Shown: positions 1-9,063 of the stretch, piece by piece
Layout: each line of letters begins with the position of its first letter
Position numbering within the stretch: position 1 is the first letter of the stretch
Source: a virus
Taxonomy: Duplodnaviria > Caudoviricetes
Length of the DNA stretch: 35,803 bases
Strand: one strand, 5' to 3'
IMG/VR virus record: IMGVR_UViG_3300030376_003609
Coordinates: 1 to 35,803 of that record
The notes under the pieces: model-generated
The model's database searches: none
The model's input: only the letters and a program-made list of their open reading frames with translations
What the model was told of the DNA's origin: nothing
Made by a program: the position numbers and the translations under genes

Positions 1-21
1 TTTACTTGTTATTCTTTAATT

Positions 22-990
22 ATGGTTTTAAACATTAACGGCACTACTGGTATTTCTGGGGTTGACGGGTCAGCTTCCGCACCAGCAGTAACAGGAACAG
101 ATAGTAATACAGGTATAAATTTTGCATCTGATACTGTCAATATAAATACAGGTGGATCGACTAGGGCAACTGTTGATAGTGCTGGAAGATTACTTTTAGG
201 AACCACTACAGAAGGACATACTAGTGGTGATGATTTAACTATTGCAACATCTGGCACTACTGGCATAACACTTCGTTCTGGCACTTCAGATGGTGGAAGA
301 ATATTCTTCTCTGATGGTACAAGTGGTGATGATGAATATAGAGGAGTTGTTGGTTACGATCATTCCACAAATCATTTATATTTTTCAACTAATGCTTCAG
401 AACGTATGCGTGTTACAAGTGCGGGAAAATTTTATGTAGGTACTACAAACGGAGCTTTTGCTAATGATGCTACACAACACGCTGCTATTGTTAATTCTGC
501 TGCCAATGAATATACTCTTGCTTTAAGAAACAATCTTGATAGTTCAGATGGTAGAGGTTTATTAGTTGCTGCTGGTAATGGAAGCGGTGGTCGTTTAATA
601 TTTTTTGAAAGATTTGATGGTGGAACATTAGGAAGTATTACAGTAGCCAGTTCAAGTTCTGTTTCATATAATACTTCTTCTGATTATAGGCTCAAAGAAA
701 ATGTAACTACCATAACTGATGGCATAACAAGATTAAAAACATTAAAACCTTCTAAATTTAACTTTATAGGTGATTCTAAAACTGTTGATGGATTTTTAGC
801 ACATGAAGTAACACCAGTAGTACCAGAGGCTATTACAGGAACAAAAGATGAAGTTGATTCTGACAATAATCCTGTTTATCAAGGTATAGATCAAAGTAAA
901 CTTGTACCTTTACTTACTGCTGCATTACAGGAAGCTGTTGCTAAAATTGAAGTATTGGAAACAAAAGTAGCTGCATTGGAGGCTGGATAA
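22..990 (+). CDS. Tail fibre protein with C-terminal intramolecular chaperone (Peptidase_S74-like)
   Basis: Gly/Ser/Thr-rich fibre repeats (ERMRVTSAG, RATVDSAGRLLLGTT); S|DYRLKEN cleavage motif, GFLAHEV and IDQSKLVPLLTAALQE coiled-coil end. Confidence 0.9.
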   Translation: MVLNINGTTGISGVDGSASAPAVTGTDSNTGINFASDTVNINTGGSTRATVDSAGRLLLGTTTEGHTSGDDLTIATSGTTGITLRSGTSDGGRIFFSDGTSGDDEYRGVVGYDHSTNHLYFSTNASERMRVTSAGKFYVGTTNGAFANDATQHAAIVNSAANEYTLALRNNLDSSDGRGLLVAAGNGSGGRLIFFERFDGGTLGSITVASSSSVSYNTSSDYRLKENVTTITDGITRLKTLKPSKFNFIGDSKTVDGFLAHEVTPVVPEAITGTKDEVDSDNNPVYQGIDQSKLVPLLTAALQEAVAKIEVLETKVAALEAG

Positions 991-1599
991 ATGACAGCAA
1001 AGATTAAACTAAACGCAGCATCAGGTGGTGGATCTTTTAGCTTACAAGCACCTTCTTCTTCTAGTAATGCAAGGGTAATGACTTTACCTGATACAGCAGA
1101 TGGAACGATATTAACAACAACAAACCCAAAGGCAGGGAATATTCTACAAGTAAAACATACAACAAAAAGTGATTATTTTTCTACAGGTAGTACAAGTTTT
1201 ACTGATATAACAAACTTCTCTGTAGCAATCACACCAGCTTCATCTTCAAGTAAAATTTTCATTGTAGCTTGTGTCCAATATTCATCTGCTGGTTCAGGTG
1301 GTTCAAGAGTACAATTTCGCCTTGTAAGAGATTCTACCTCAATAGGGATAGGTGACTCTAATGGAAGTAATTTACGAGTTTCGGGGGGAAGTGAAGCAAC
1401 TGGTGGCGGTGGAAACATGAAGTCAGCAACAATTAATTTTTTAGATAGTCCTAGTACTACAAGTGCAACTACATACAAGATTCAAGCTATTGCTCCAGAT
1501 GGTGGTGATTTTAGATTAAATCGCCCAGTAAATGACTCAACTGCTTCAAGCTATCATCAAACAGCAAGTTTTATTACAGTAATGGAGGTAGCAGGTTAA
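991..1599 (+). CDS. Short tail-fibre / tail-associated protein
   Basis: TLPDTADGTIL anchor; ILQV...FLDSPSTTSATTYKIQ...ITVMEVAG beta-sandwich seen in marine phage fibres; abuts upstream stop. Confidence 0.75.
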   Translation: MTAKIKLNAASGGGSFSLQAPSSSSNARVMTLPDTADGTILTTTNPKAGNILQVKHTTKSDYFSTGSTSFTDITNFSVAITPASSSSKIFIVACVQYSSAGSGGSRVQFRLVRDSTSIGIGDSNGSNLRVSGGSEATGGGGNMKSATINFLDSPSTTSATTYKIQAIAPDGGDFRLNRPVNDSTASSYHQTASFITVMEVAG

Positions 1600-1925
1600 T
1601 GAGTAGTTTAGATCACACAGCAATAAGAAAGGCATATCCTAACGCTGTAACTATTGATGATGGCACAGGTGCTTTTGATAAAGATGGCAAATCTATTACC
1701 TTAGAGCAAAGCAAAATAGACGCTGCACGAACCACGCTAGATGCTGAAGCTGCTGCTGTTAAGTACAAAACCGATAGAACAACTAATGGTTCTACTGTTT
1801 ATGCTTCTTTTGGAGATCAACTTGATATGTTGTATGCCGACATTAAGGCAGGTAAACTAGATACAACTGGAACGTGGGCAACCCACATCAAAGCGGTTAA
1901 AGACGCTAATCCAAAACCTAGTTAA
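1599..1925 (+). CDS. Putative tail-fibre assembly/accessory protein
   Basis: YASFGDQLDMLY...W..HIKAVKDANPKP motif typical of small genes following fibres; TAATG coupling. Confidence 0.7.
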   Translation: MSSLDHTAIRKAYPNAVTIDDGTGAFDKDGKSITLEQSKIDAARTTLDAEAAAVKYKTDRTTNGSTVYASFGDQLDMLYADIKAGKLDTTGTWATHIKAVKDANPKPS

Positions 1926-1927
1926 TT

Positions 1928-3019
1928 ATGTCAGAGATCAAAGTAAATTCGATAAAAGGAGTAGGTGCTAGTTCTGCTGCTATTACTGTCAACAATACTG
2001 ATGGAACGTGTACTGCCAATATTACTTCTCTTAATGGCGGTCAATTTGCTAATAGAAATAAACTAATAAATGGTGGAATGACTGTTTCACAAAGAAACGG
2101 AACATCAACTGTAACAACCACAAACTATAATATAGATCGCTGGCAAACTATGGTTGATGGAACAATAGGAGCTTATAATTTTTCTCAATCAACTGATTCT
2201 CCAAATGGATTTGCTAATTCTTATAAAGTTGATGTAACTACTGCTGACACTTCCTTAGCTTCGACAGATGCACATATTTTCAGACAAAAGATTGAAGGAC
2301 AAAATTTACAGGATTTTGCAAAAGGAACATCTGCTGCTAAAGAATTTGCTTTATCTTTTTATATAAAAACAAATAAAACTGGAACATATATAGCTGAATT
2401 GTTTGATGATGATAATAACAGGACTTGTTCAAAAACATATACAGTTTCAGATACTAATTGGAATAGATACACTCTCACTTTTCCTGCTGATACATCAGGT
2501 GCTTTGAGTAATGATAATGGTGCCAGCTTAAATGTTCATTTTTGGTTGTCTGCTGGTAGTAGTTTCTCTGGTGGAAGTCTAGCTTCTGCATGGGAAGCAA
2601 AGACAGATGCAAATAGAACTGTTGGCATGAATGTAAATCTTGCAGATTCAACATCTAATGAGTGGTTTATTACAGGAGTTCAATTAGAAGTAGGTAGCGT
2701 GGCAACAGATTTTGAGCATAGGTCATTCGGTCAGGAGCTTGCTTTATGTCAGAGGTATTTTCAACATCTAGGTCGTGATAATCAGCTTGTGTTTACAACC
2801 CAAACTCTAGGCAGTTACAATCCTGCTATGTTTTTAGTTTTACCTGTTGAAATGAGAGCAACACCAACAACTACTATTAACCAAACAACTAACAACAATG
2901 GAACTATATCAACAGGCGATTTATCGCCTAGAAATCTAGCTATTAATATAGCAAGATCAGGAAGCTCGGCAGCATTAATGCAAGCTGAGTTTGATATAAA
3001 ATTTTCAGCAGAACTTTAA
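1928..3019 (+). CDS. Tail fibre protein with carbohydrate-binding-like domain
   Basis: [15 protein letters not shown]...DRW...[31 protein letters not shown], a common marine phage fibre signature. Confidence 0.8.
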   Translation: MSEIKVNSIKGVGASSAAITVNNTDGTCTANITSLNGGQFANRNKLINGGMTVSQRNGTSTVTTTNYNIDRWQTMVDGTIGAYNFSQSTDSPNGFANSYKVDVTTADTSLASTDAHIFRQKIEGQNLQDFAKGTSAAKEFALSFYIKTNKTGTYIAELFDDDNNRTCSKTYTVSDTNWNRYTLTFPADTSGALSNDNGASLNVHFWLSAGSSFSGGSLASAWEAKTDANRTVGMNVNLADSTSNEWFITGVQLEVGSVATDFEHRSFGQELALCQRYFQHLGRDNQLVFTTQTLGSYNPAMFLVLPVEMRATPTTTINQTTNNNGTISTGDLSPRNLAINIARSGSSAALMQAEFDIKFSAEL

Positions 3020-3021
3020 TC

Positions 3022-3210
3022 ATGTCTTTTACTTATAAAAAAAGAATAAATCCCTCAACATTAATAGGAAATTCAACTGGTTCCGTTGATGCCAAAGGCG
3101 TAATAAGAAAAGAAGATGGTGCGTTTATTCCATTTGACGAAGCAAATGCCGACTACCAAGAGTACCTTGAATGGGTAGCAGAGGGAAATACAGCCGAAGC
3201 TGCTGATTAA
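3022..3210 (+). CDS. Small tail-fibre accessory protein
   Basis: [27 protein letters not shown] motif. Confidence 0.75.
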   Translation: MSFTYKKRINPSTLIGNSTGSVDAKGVIRKEDGAFIPFDEANADYQEYLEWVAEGNTAEAAD

Positions 3211-3338
3211 TTAACCTTTTCCTGCATTTGTCTTGTCATAATCCCCATAGTGACGTAGAGAGGGGATAGACCTATAATTAGCAGTAATGTAGCGAATGTC
3301 ATAACTGACATAGCTCTAATAATTGCAAATTTTATCAT
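3207..3338 (-). CDS. 43-aa single-TM peptide (not in ORF track)
   Basis: Manual translation [43 protein letters not shown]; fills the gap exactly; start overlaps ATG 3337, stop overlaps TAA 3208-3210. Confidence 0.6.
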   Translation of the reverse strand: MIKFAIIRAMSVMTFATLLLIIGLSPLYVTMGIMTRQMQEKVN

Positions 3339-3561
3339 GTTTCAAAAAATTGCTAATGTTTTGAGTATTGTCTCATTCATAATGGTAACTTCTGTTATTG
3401 GTGGAGGATACTTTGGATATAAATATGTAACATCAGAACAGGTAAAGGCAAAATTAATGAATCAAATACTTGGCGAGGTAAAAGGGCTGTTACCTAATGT
3501 ATTAGATAAAGGTTTACCAAAAACAACTGGCATATCTATACCAACACAACCAAAAAATTAA
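3337..3561 (+). CDS. Small N-terminally anchored membrane protein
   Basis: TM segment IANVLSIVSFIMVTSVIGGGYFGY; Pro-rich tail. Confidence 0.75.
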   Translation: MFQKIANVLSIVSFIMVTSVIGGGYFGYKYVTSEQVKAKLMNQILGEVKGLLPNVLDKGLPKTTGISIPTQPKN

Positions 3562-4188
3562 TTGGAAATACCAGAGATAAGTATTCCAGAAATACATATT
3601 CCTGAGGTTCATATACCTTATACTTTTTTACCTAACTATGAACATTCAAATGTAGAAGTTATAGGTTGTAATTATTATCATCGAGACACAAAAAATACAG
3701 GCAATAGAAATCTATTATTAGATGATCCAAACGGAGTAAGTAGTAACTGTCCGTACCCAAGTTTTTACCCATTGAACTATGTACCAGATCAATTAATTAT
3801 TGTTGAAGAGGCTGCACCAATAAATAAAGAACCTGATAAATTACCAGAAGGAAAACAACCACAAACACAGATTCCAAAAGAAGAAAAAAAAGAAGATGAC
3901 TATAAACCTTGTCCACCTAAAAATGCAGTATTTAGGCAGGGCGATTTTAAAAATGAACTTAGGCTTGAGAGACTGTTAAAATATGAACGTAATATTGATG
4001 GTTCATGTAATGCGGTCTGGGAAAAAGTACCTTTCATCGACCAATATATACCTAGTGCTTCCGTGGTTGTCTCTACTGCTCTTATTGCATCTGTGGCTGC
4101 GACTACTCCTATTATTTTAAATTTAGTAAAACCAATCGTTAAAAATTTAATTAAAAAATTATCAAAAAAGAAAAAAAATTCTAATTAG
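3562..4188 (+). CDS. Membrane protein with IPEI repeats, four Cys and C-terminal TM anchor
   Basis: TTG start directly after upstream TAA; (IPEI)x3; hydrophobic VVVSTALIASVAATTPIILNLV followed by Lys-rich tail. Confidence 0.75.
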   Translation: MEIPEISIPEIHIPEVHIPYTFLPNYEHSNVEVIGCNYYHRDTKNTGNRNLLLDDPNGVSSNCPYPSFYPLNYVPDQLIIVEEAAPINKEPDKLPEGKQPQTQIPKEEKKEDDYKPCPPKNAVFRQGDFKNELRLERLLKYERNIDGSCNAVWEKVPFIDQYIPSASVVVSTALIASVAATTPIILNLVKPIVKNLIKKLSKKKKNSN

Positions 4189-4897
4189 TCTCTATTTTGT
4201 GTGTATGTGGTATAACTTGATTTGGTGGTACTGTTACTTTTATCCCTTCACAAATCTGTGCGTATTTGCCTACGAAGGTCACTCCTAGGTTTGCTTGCTC
4301 TCCGCAGACCTTCAAACGAAACATTGCAAGCTCAAGCATCTGTTTCTGGTATAACAATTCTTGATTCTTTATATTTACCTCTGTAGCTTTCAAACATAAA
4401 TCAGGAGCTTTACCTAAAGGAATAGTGATCTGTGCTGAAATTCCATAATTTAAGTTGTAATTATCTTTCTCGAACCTTGGAGTTTCTTGAACGTATTTAA
4501 TTTGGCCTGTATCTTCATCGTAAATGTTTTGTTTAGTGACTGTTTCTATTGGTCTATTAAATGACCAAGCATCTGTCACATAAGGAGTAATCGTGAGACT
4601 TGGTGAACTACAAACAATTCCCTGTGACATACGAAACTGAGGTGTAGATTGAGGTGCAATCATTGTCGCATTATTGTTTACTGTACCCTGTGCATTTGAG
4701 CTAGGACTTGCAACAGTTGTATTAGCAAAAACCCTTACAGGGCAAAGGATTACAAGAATTACTGACCAAAGGTAGTTTCTACTGTGGTTGTTGTTGTGGT
4801 ATTTATGACCCGATCTATTTTCGTTATTGTGTCTATTCCATTTCCTAGAAATGTTTCGACTAAAGAAAATGGCTGACCTTCGTTTACTATTTTCCAT
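4181..4897 (-). CDS. Putative exported beta-rich protein (start uncertain)
   Basis: Signal-like LWSVILVILCPVRVFA|NT; amphipathic strands PSLTITPYV and NYGISAQITIPLG; Cys pairs; the only ATG lies 139 nt inside the upstream gene. Confidence 0.75.
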   Translation of the reverse strand: MENSKRRSAIFFSRNISRKWNRHNNENRSGHKYHNNNHSRNYLWSVILVILCPVRVFANTTVASPSSNAQGTVNNNATMIAPQSTPQFRMSQGIVCSSPSLTITPYVTDAWSFNRPIETVTKQNIYDEDTGQIKYVQETPRFEKDNYNLNYGISAQITIPLGKAPDLCLKATEVNIKNQELLYQKQMLELAMFRLKVCGEQANLGVTFVGKYAQICEGIKVTVPPNQVIPHTHKIETN

Positions 4898-5196
4898 CTT
4901 GGAACCCCCTCAAGGTTAGGGCTTGTATATGAAAAATTAATTCCATTAACTGTTTGTGTGGCTTCTGCTGTAGGAATTGAATTAATATAGCCATTAACAT
5001 CTGCACTCTCTATATTTGTGCCTGATACGCTCAGAGAATATCCTGTGCGGTATTGATAACTGGTTATGCTCTCGGTAACTACACTTTGAGATGTAGAATT
5101 TGTACTTGAAGATCCTGTGCGAAACGTTGGTATGACTGGGTTTGCAAGGGTTTTTACAGGAAATAATATTATTAATAGCAGCCAAAGTTTTTTCAA
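4759..5196 (-). CDS. Secreted Ser/Thr-rich protein
   Basis: Sec signal MKKLWLLLIILFPVKTLA|NPVIPTF; beta-rich; poly-Thr C-terminus. Confidence 0.8.
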   Translation of the reverse strand: MKKLWLLLIILFPVKTLANPVIPTFRTGSSSTNSTSQSVVTESITSYQYRTGYSLSVSGTNIESADVNGYINSIPTAEATQTVNGINFSYTSPNLEGVPRWKIVNEGQPFSLVETFLGNGIDTITKIDRVINTTTTTTVETTFGQ

Positions 5197-5714
5197 TCTA
5201 TGGTTATGGTTACTGTAGTTGACGCAACGCAGCTAGAACCTGATCCAAATGCACCTGAACAGGTGGTGACCCCACTACTTAAACTCGTCATTGCCCCACT
5301 ACCTAGAGTCCCCCCAGAACCTATGGTTGTTTGTCCCGACAGATGAGGTAATGATGCTATGCCTGATGATGGAGTGATCGCAGAAGGAGTACTATCACCA
5401 ATATTTATAGCTTCTGTTAGAGAAAATGCAGATCCGCTAGTGGTCACACTCTTATCAGTTTGTATTAAAGCAGGTACACCATCAGTTAAACTTCCCAAGT
5501 TTAATCCACCAATTTGACCAGCCGTAGTACTGCCACCAGAAGTCACAGAAGGAGTAATATTATTACCAGATATTGAATAAGTCGTTCCAAGCTTATTTGT
5601 AACGCTATATGGCATATCTACAGTAATTTGTGCAGAGGTTGTGAACTTTTGAGTGATGTCTGCTAGTGCTACAGAAGGACTAAACAAAAATAAAAGTGCA
5701 AATAGTTTTTTCAT
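5193..5714 (-). CDS. Secreted Gly/Ser/Thr-rich protein
   Basis: Sec signal MKKLFALLFLFSPSVALA|DIT; C-terminal Cys pair; 4-nt overlaps with both neighbours. Confidence 0.8.
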   Translation of the reverse strand: MKKLFALLFLFSPSVALADITQKFTTSAQITVDMPYSVTNKLGTTYSISGNNITPSVTSGGSTTAGQIGGLNLGSLTDGVPALIQTDKSVTTSGSAFSLTEAINIGDSTPSAITPSSGIASLPHLSGQTTIGSGGTLGSGAMTSLSSGVTTCSGAFGSGSSCVASTTVTITID

Positions 5715-6130
5715 TTTTTTATGGGATCAACTTTGATTACGTCAGGTTTTGTTGTGACGATTTCTAAGGGTTGTTTTATTATTATAGTTTGAGTACCACC
5801 TGTAGAGTTACCAATAGTACCATTTTCATCTTCTTTCTTTTTCTTTTTAGCTCCCTGTGCTGCATTAACACTAATTCCTAGACCACCCAAAATGTTTCCT
5901 AAAAGTCCAGCAGCAAATGTGCTATCAACTCTCGGCTGATCTGGAATATCTACACCAAATAATTTGCTAGGAAGCTTAATATATCCAAGAGATAAAACTA
6001 CCAAACACCAAGTTAAAATAAATCCTTGTGCAAAAGTAGAAACTAAAAAGGTAATTTTTTCTTGATAATCAGGTTTATCATCATCTAATTGCTGTTTTTT
6101 TTGCTCTTTTTCGGCTGTTTTATCTGCCAT
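5711..6130 (-). CDS. Two-TM membrane protein (holin-like topology)
   Basis: TM FILTWCLVVLSLGYI; DSTFAAGLLGNILGGLGISV; poly-Lys stretch after the second helix. Confidence 0.75.
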   Translation of the reverse strand: MADKTAEKEQKKQQLDDDKPDYQEKITFLVSTFAQGFILTWCLVVLSLGYIKLPSKLFGVDIPDQPRVDSTFAAGLLGNILGGLGISVNAAQGAKKKKKEDENGTIGNSTGGTQTIIIKQPLEIVTTKPDVIKVDPIKK

Positions 6131-6176
6131 AATCTAGTTTTATTAGCAATAATAGGCATAATTATAGATTTAAGCA

Positions 6177-6338
6177 ATGACAGAGGTACAAGCAGCATTA
6201 ATAGGAGCAGCAGTTACAGCTTTGGCTATGACTTTATCTAATATGAGTAACCGCAGAGAAAAAACAATTATTGATATATACAACAGATTGAACAAGTTAT
6301 CACAAGCGGTTAGTAGGTTAGAAGGCAAGATCCAGTAA
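6177..6338 (+). CDS. 53-aa TM + coiled-coil protein, holin/XhlA-like (not in ORF track)
   Basis: Manual translation MTEVQAALIGAAVTALAMTLSNMSNRREKTIIDIYNRLNKLSQAVSRLEGKIQ. Confidence 0.65.
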   Translation: MTEVQAALIGAAVTALAMTLSNMSNRREKTIIDIYNRLNKLSQAVSRLEGKIQ

Positions 6339-6372
6339 TTTTTGGTATGTTTGGAAAAGAAATCACAAAGTT

Positions 6373-6534
6373 ATGTCTAAATTTCTTGTTAATTTGATTA
6401 TTAAATTTGGTAGAAGTGAATCTCTACGCAAAGCTTGTTTGTCGCTTTTGAAAGATTTGGCGGCAAAATCAGATAATGATGTAGACGATGCCATAGTCAA
6501 AATGATTGAGGAAAAATTGTTTCCAGTCAAATGA
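6373..6534 (+). CDS. 53-aa amphipathic protein with SDNDVDD motif (not in ORF track)
   Basis: Manual translation MSKFLVNLIIKFGRSESLRKACLSLLKDLAAKSDNDVDDAIVKMIEEKLFPVK; ATGA overlap with next gene. Confidence 0.7.
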   Translation: MSKFLVNLIIKFGRSESLRKACLSLLKDLAAKSDNDVDDAIVKMIEEKLFPVK

Positions 6535-6824
6535 AAGATATTATCAAGGCTTTAACATCTACCTACAGCCTTGAAGGTGAGTTTGAGGTGCAAAAGTCTA
6601 TACAATTCATAAATAACTTAAAAGATATTGAACTGCTTAAGCCTTATTCAATAAAGCTATTACAGACAAATGCAAAGCAAGCCCATTTTGTAAGCACTTC
6701 ACTTGATCTTATAGCTACACAACAGGCATATATTTATAAACTAGAAAAACGACTAAGCAAGAAAAAAGCGACCCTGTGGGATCGCATAAGATACGTTTTG
6801 TTTAATAAAAAGTCAAGGAACTAA
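6531..6824 (+). CDS. Hypothetical helical protein
   Basis: 97-aa ORF coupled to upstream gene; basic amphipathic C-terminus. Confidence 0.65.
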   Translation: MKDIIKALTSTYSLEGEFEVQKSIQFINNLKDIELLKPYSIKLLQTNAKQAHFVSTSLDLIATQQAYIYKLEKRLSKKKATLWDRIRYVLFNKKSRN

Positions 6825-6983
6825 ATCTTTTTCTGTAATATCAAACCATGTTGCAGACTCAATGACCTTTCCAGTTTCGTGATCTGTTCTTGTTGTTTCA
6901 CAAAACTCATAAGTTCTTTCAGATTCTGGGTGATAAAAAATCTGACCTACATAAGGATTGTTTGGAAAAGTTACTAAGTACAT
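6813..6983 (-). CDS. 56-aa hypothetical protein (not in ORF track)
   Basis: Manual translation MYLVTFPNNPYVGQIFYHPESERTYEFCETTRTDHETGKVIESATWFDITEKDLVP; starts 2 nt after the upstream stop. Confidence 0.6.
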   Translation of the reverse strand: MYLVTFPNNPYVGQIFYHPESERTYEFCETTRTDHETGKVIESATWFDITEKDLVP

Positions 6984-6985
6984 AA

Positions 6986-7327
6986 TCAAAAAGGTAAATC
7001 TTCTGGAAGTTCACGTTGGTTTGCTTTGACGTTTACAGTCCTCTCAGAGGCTGGTTTAGGGTTCATGGGTGCAATCTTGCCTGAGTTACCCCAGAGGCCA
7101 CCCCAAAGCGAAAAGCCAGCAATTTCATCATAATCTGACTTGCTTTTATAGACACGAATTGTTGTGCCTTCCATTCTTGCAGTTTCAGCAGCTTGTTTAA
7201 ACCAGTTTGCTGCTTTTTCTGCTTCTTCACAAGAAAAATCCATAATTACGTTTCTTTCTGGTGCGTTTTCTCTATCGCTGTTGTTGTCAACGATTCTTAG
7301 TTTTGCGTTAAATGCTGTGTTAGCCAT
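6986..7327 (-). CDS. Putative non-canonical single-stranded DNA-binding protein
   Basis: Acidic C-terminal tip ELPEDLPF as in SSBs; located in the annealase/exonuclease operon. Confidence 0.55.
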   Translation of the reverse strand: MANTAFNAKLRIVDNNSDRENAPERNVIMDFSCEEAEKAANWFKQAAETARMEGTTIRVYKSKSDYDEIAGFSLWGGLWGNSGKIAPMNPKPASERTVNVKANQRELPEDLPF

Positions 7328-7332
7328 AATAA

Positions 7333-7557
7333 TTAAAAGGGTTCAATGGGTGTAATGCCGTTTGCTTCTTCCCAAGCAAGCACCTTATGTAGTTCATAAC
7401 GTACTCTGGGATCTCCGAAAATGGCTTCAAGTTTAGAAAGTTCGTAGAACTCAGGGCCATAGCCTTTGTATCTCCACTTTCTGATTGTTTGAGGAGTTTT
7501 GCCATATCTTGAGGCTAGTTGCTCTGTTGTGAAAAACTGGCTCTCAGCTACTGTCAT
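7333..7557 (-). CDS. AlpA/excisionase-like winged HTH protein
   Basis: FTTEQLASRYGKTPQTIRKWRYKGYGP...RVRY..V.AW. Confidence 0.85.
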   Translation of the reverse strand: MTVAESQFFTTEQLASRYGKTPQTIRKWRYKGYGPEFYELSKLEAIFGDPRVRYELHKVLAWEEANGITPIEPF

Positions 7558-8177
7558 GTTGTAATCACCTCTTTTCTAGTTTTGATTAAGTCGCAAAGGT
7601 CGTTGTAATCGTTTTGCGGTATTTGTCTGCTAGCATAACGCACCTCTAAAGACTCAGCACATTTATCAAGTCTTTCTCTGGTGTCAGCCTTGAGAATTGC
7701 ATCTTTGGCAACAACTGTAAGGTTTTGAGTGGAAACTGGAGTTCTGTCTTTTTTAGGATTCTTCCATGCTTTAGTGCGGTCATAAAGAGATAAACCAAAC
7801 TGAGAACCAAACTGCATAAAAGCCCGCTTTCTTGCATCTGATTCAGCCTCTTTTACTGCTGATTCATGCTTGTCTCCAACATTGACGCTTTTGCCTTTAC
7901 CATGACCAGCACCAACTCCCTCTCTGATTACATCACCAATAGTCACTCTGACTTTTGCAATGTAAGTTACACAGAAGTCATCACTTTGCACACAGTCAAG
8001 CTGTACTGTCTCAGACTGCCAGCCATCAAATCCAAAGATGCGGTTGGCTTCATTGATTACATACCAGCTTTCTAAGTAAGCAAGTTGCATATTGCCTTGC
8101 TGTCTGAAGGCAACAACTTTAGGATCAATGGGTTGATTGAGAAGTTCTGTTTGTTCTTTAGTAAATGTCATAACCAT
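7554..8177 (-). CDS. Rad52/Rad22-family (Sak-like) single-strand annealing protein
   Basis: LAYLESWYVINEANRIFGFDGW, REGVGAG, HESAVKEAESDARKRAF..FG..FGLSLY. Confidence 0.92.
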   Translation of the reverse strand: MVMTFTKEQTELLNQPIDPKVVAFRQQGNMQLAYLESWYVINEANRIFGFDGWQSETVQLDCVQSDDFCVTYIAKVRVTIGDVIREGVGAGHGKGKSVNVGDKHESAVKEAESDARKRAFMQFGSQFGLSLYDRTKAWKNPKKDRTPVSTQNLTVVAKDAILKADTRERLDKCAESLEVRYASRQIPQNDYNDLCDLIKTRKEVITT

Positions 8178-9004
8178 TTAGGGGGTGTAAGTGTTTTAAT
8201 GCCTTCTGGAGCTTGATCGGTATATCCAGCCCAGATGCCTGACTCTTGAGCGGCTTTAATGTCAGACAGTGTTTGTTCTTGAAGTTCATATCCACGCTCA
8301 ATAAAATGAGGTGAAAGTTCATAGATTCCCACGCTATATGGGAATACTTTTTCAACAGCCACAAAAATAAATCTTTTTTGGCCTGTCCCTTGTAAATAGT
8401 GAGCAGCCTGTAAATGATACTTGAATGAAGCAATAGTTCTAGTAAACACATCAGGCGCAGCCCCACCCTCACCTGTTGTTTTTAGATCAATGACCATATC
8501 ATCAATCACATAGTCACAACGGCATTTGCATTGCAAGCCTGTTTCCCTATGTTTCCACCAGTAAGATTGTTCGGCCAATCCTCTAGTATCTGTCAGGGTG
8601 TCTTGAATAATGTATTTATTAGCAAATTCATTTTCAGACAAAGCTTTTTTTATAGCAATACAAGTTTCAAGTTCTGGTGTTGTATAAGTTTCCATGCCAA
8701 GCTGTTGCATAGCAGAGGCCGCAGCCTTACCAGCTTTGGTGCGTTTCTCATCAAGCAAGCCATATCTTTGATGGAAGGTTGTTTCTTCAAGACAAAATTT
8801 ATGAACTAATGATCCAAACTTCATTGCTGTAGTTGCAATTCTGGGAGGATTGTTTTTGCCAAACTTGTAAGTGTGAAAAGCCTGTAAGCCATGATCTATG
8901 GCATATTTCAAATCAGATGCTGCAAAAGCTGGGTCTGACCTATACACTTGTTCGTCAATATCAACTGACGTTATGTGCGGTGTGGTGTTGTTTAAAGATT
9001 CCAT
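8168..9004 (-). CDS. RecE/exonuclease VIII-like PD-(D/E)XK nuclease
   Basis: FGSLVHKFCLE, AEQS, CKCRCDY, IDLKTT, YHLQAAHY, FIFVAVEK. Confidence 0.9.
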   Translation of the reverse strand: MESLNNTTPHITSVDIDEQVYRSDPAFAASDLKYAIDHGLQAFHTYKFGKNNPPRIATTAMKFGSLVHKFCLEETTFHQRYGLLDEKRTKAGKAAASAMQQLGMETYTTPELETCIAIKKALSENEFANKYIIQDTLTDTRGLAEQSYWWKHRETGLQCKCRCDYVIDDMVIDLKTTGEGGAAPDVFTRTIASFKYHLQAAHYLQGTGQKRFIFVAVEKVFPYSVGIYELSPHFIERGYELQEQTLSDIKAAQESGIWAGYTDQAPEGIKTLTPPKWL

Positions 9005-9063
9005 TTTGTTATAGTAATGGTGTCCTCTGGTGTTAGGACAAATGGGTGGAGTACTGGTAGAGA

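Noticed and set aside
9-1478. Minus-strand ORFs 9..284, 684..866 and 1173..1478
   Set aside because: Antisense shadows of fibre genes caused by codon bias
7333-7557. Evidence of lysogeny from the excisionase-like HTH
   Set aside because: No integrase or att-like site was seen; the fold is also used by transcription regulators
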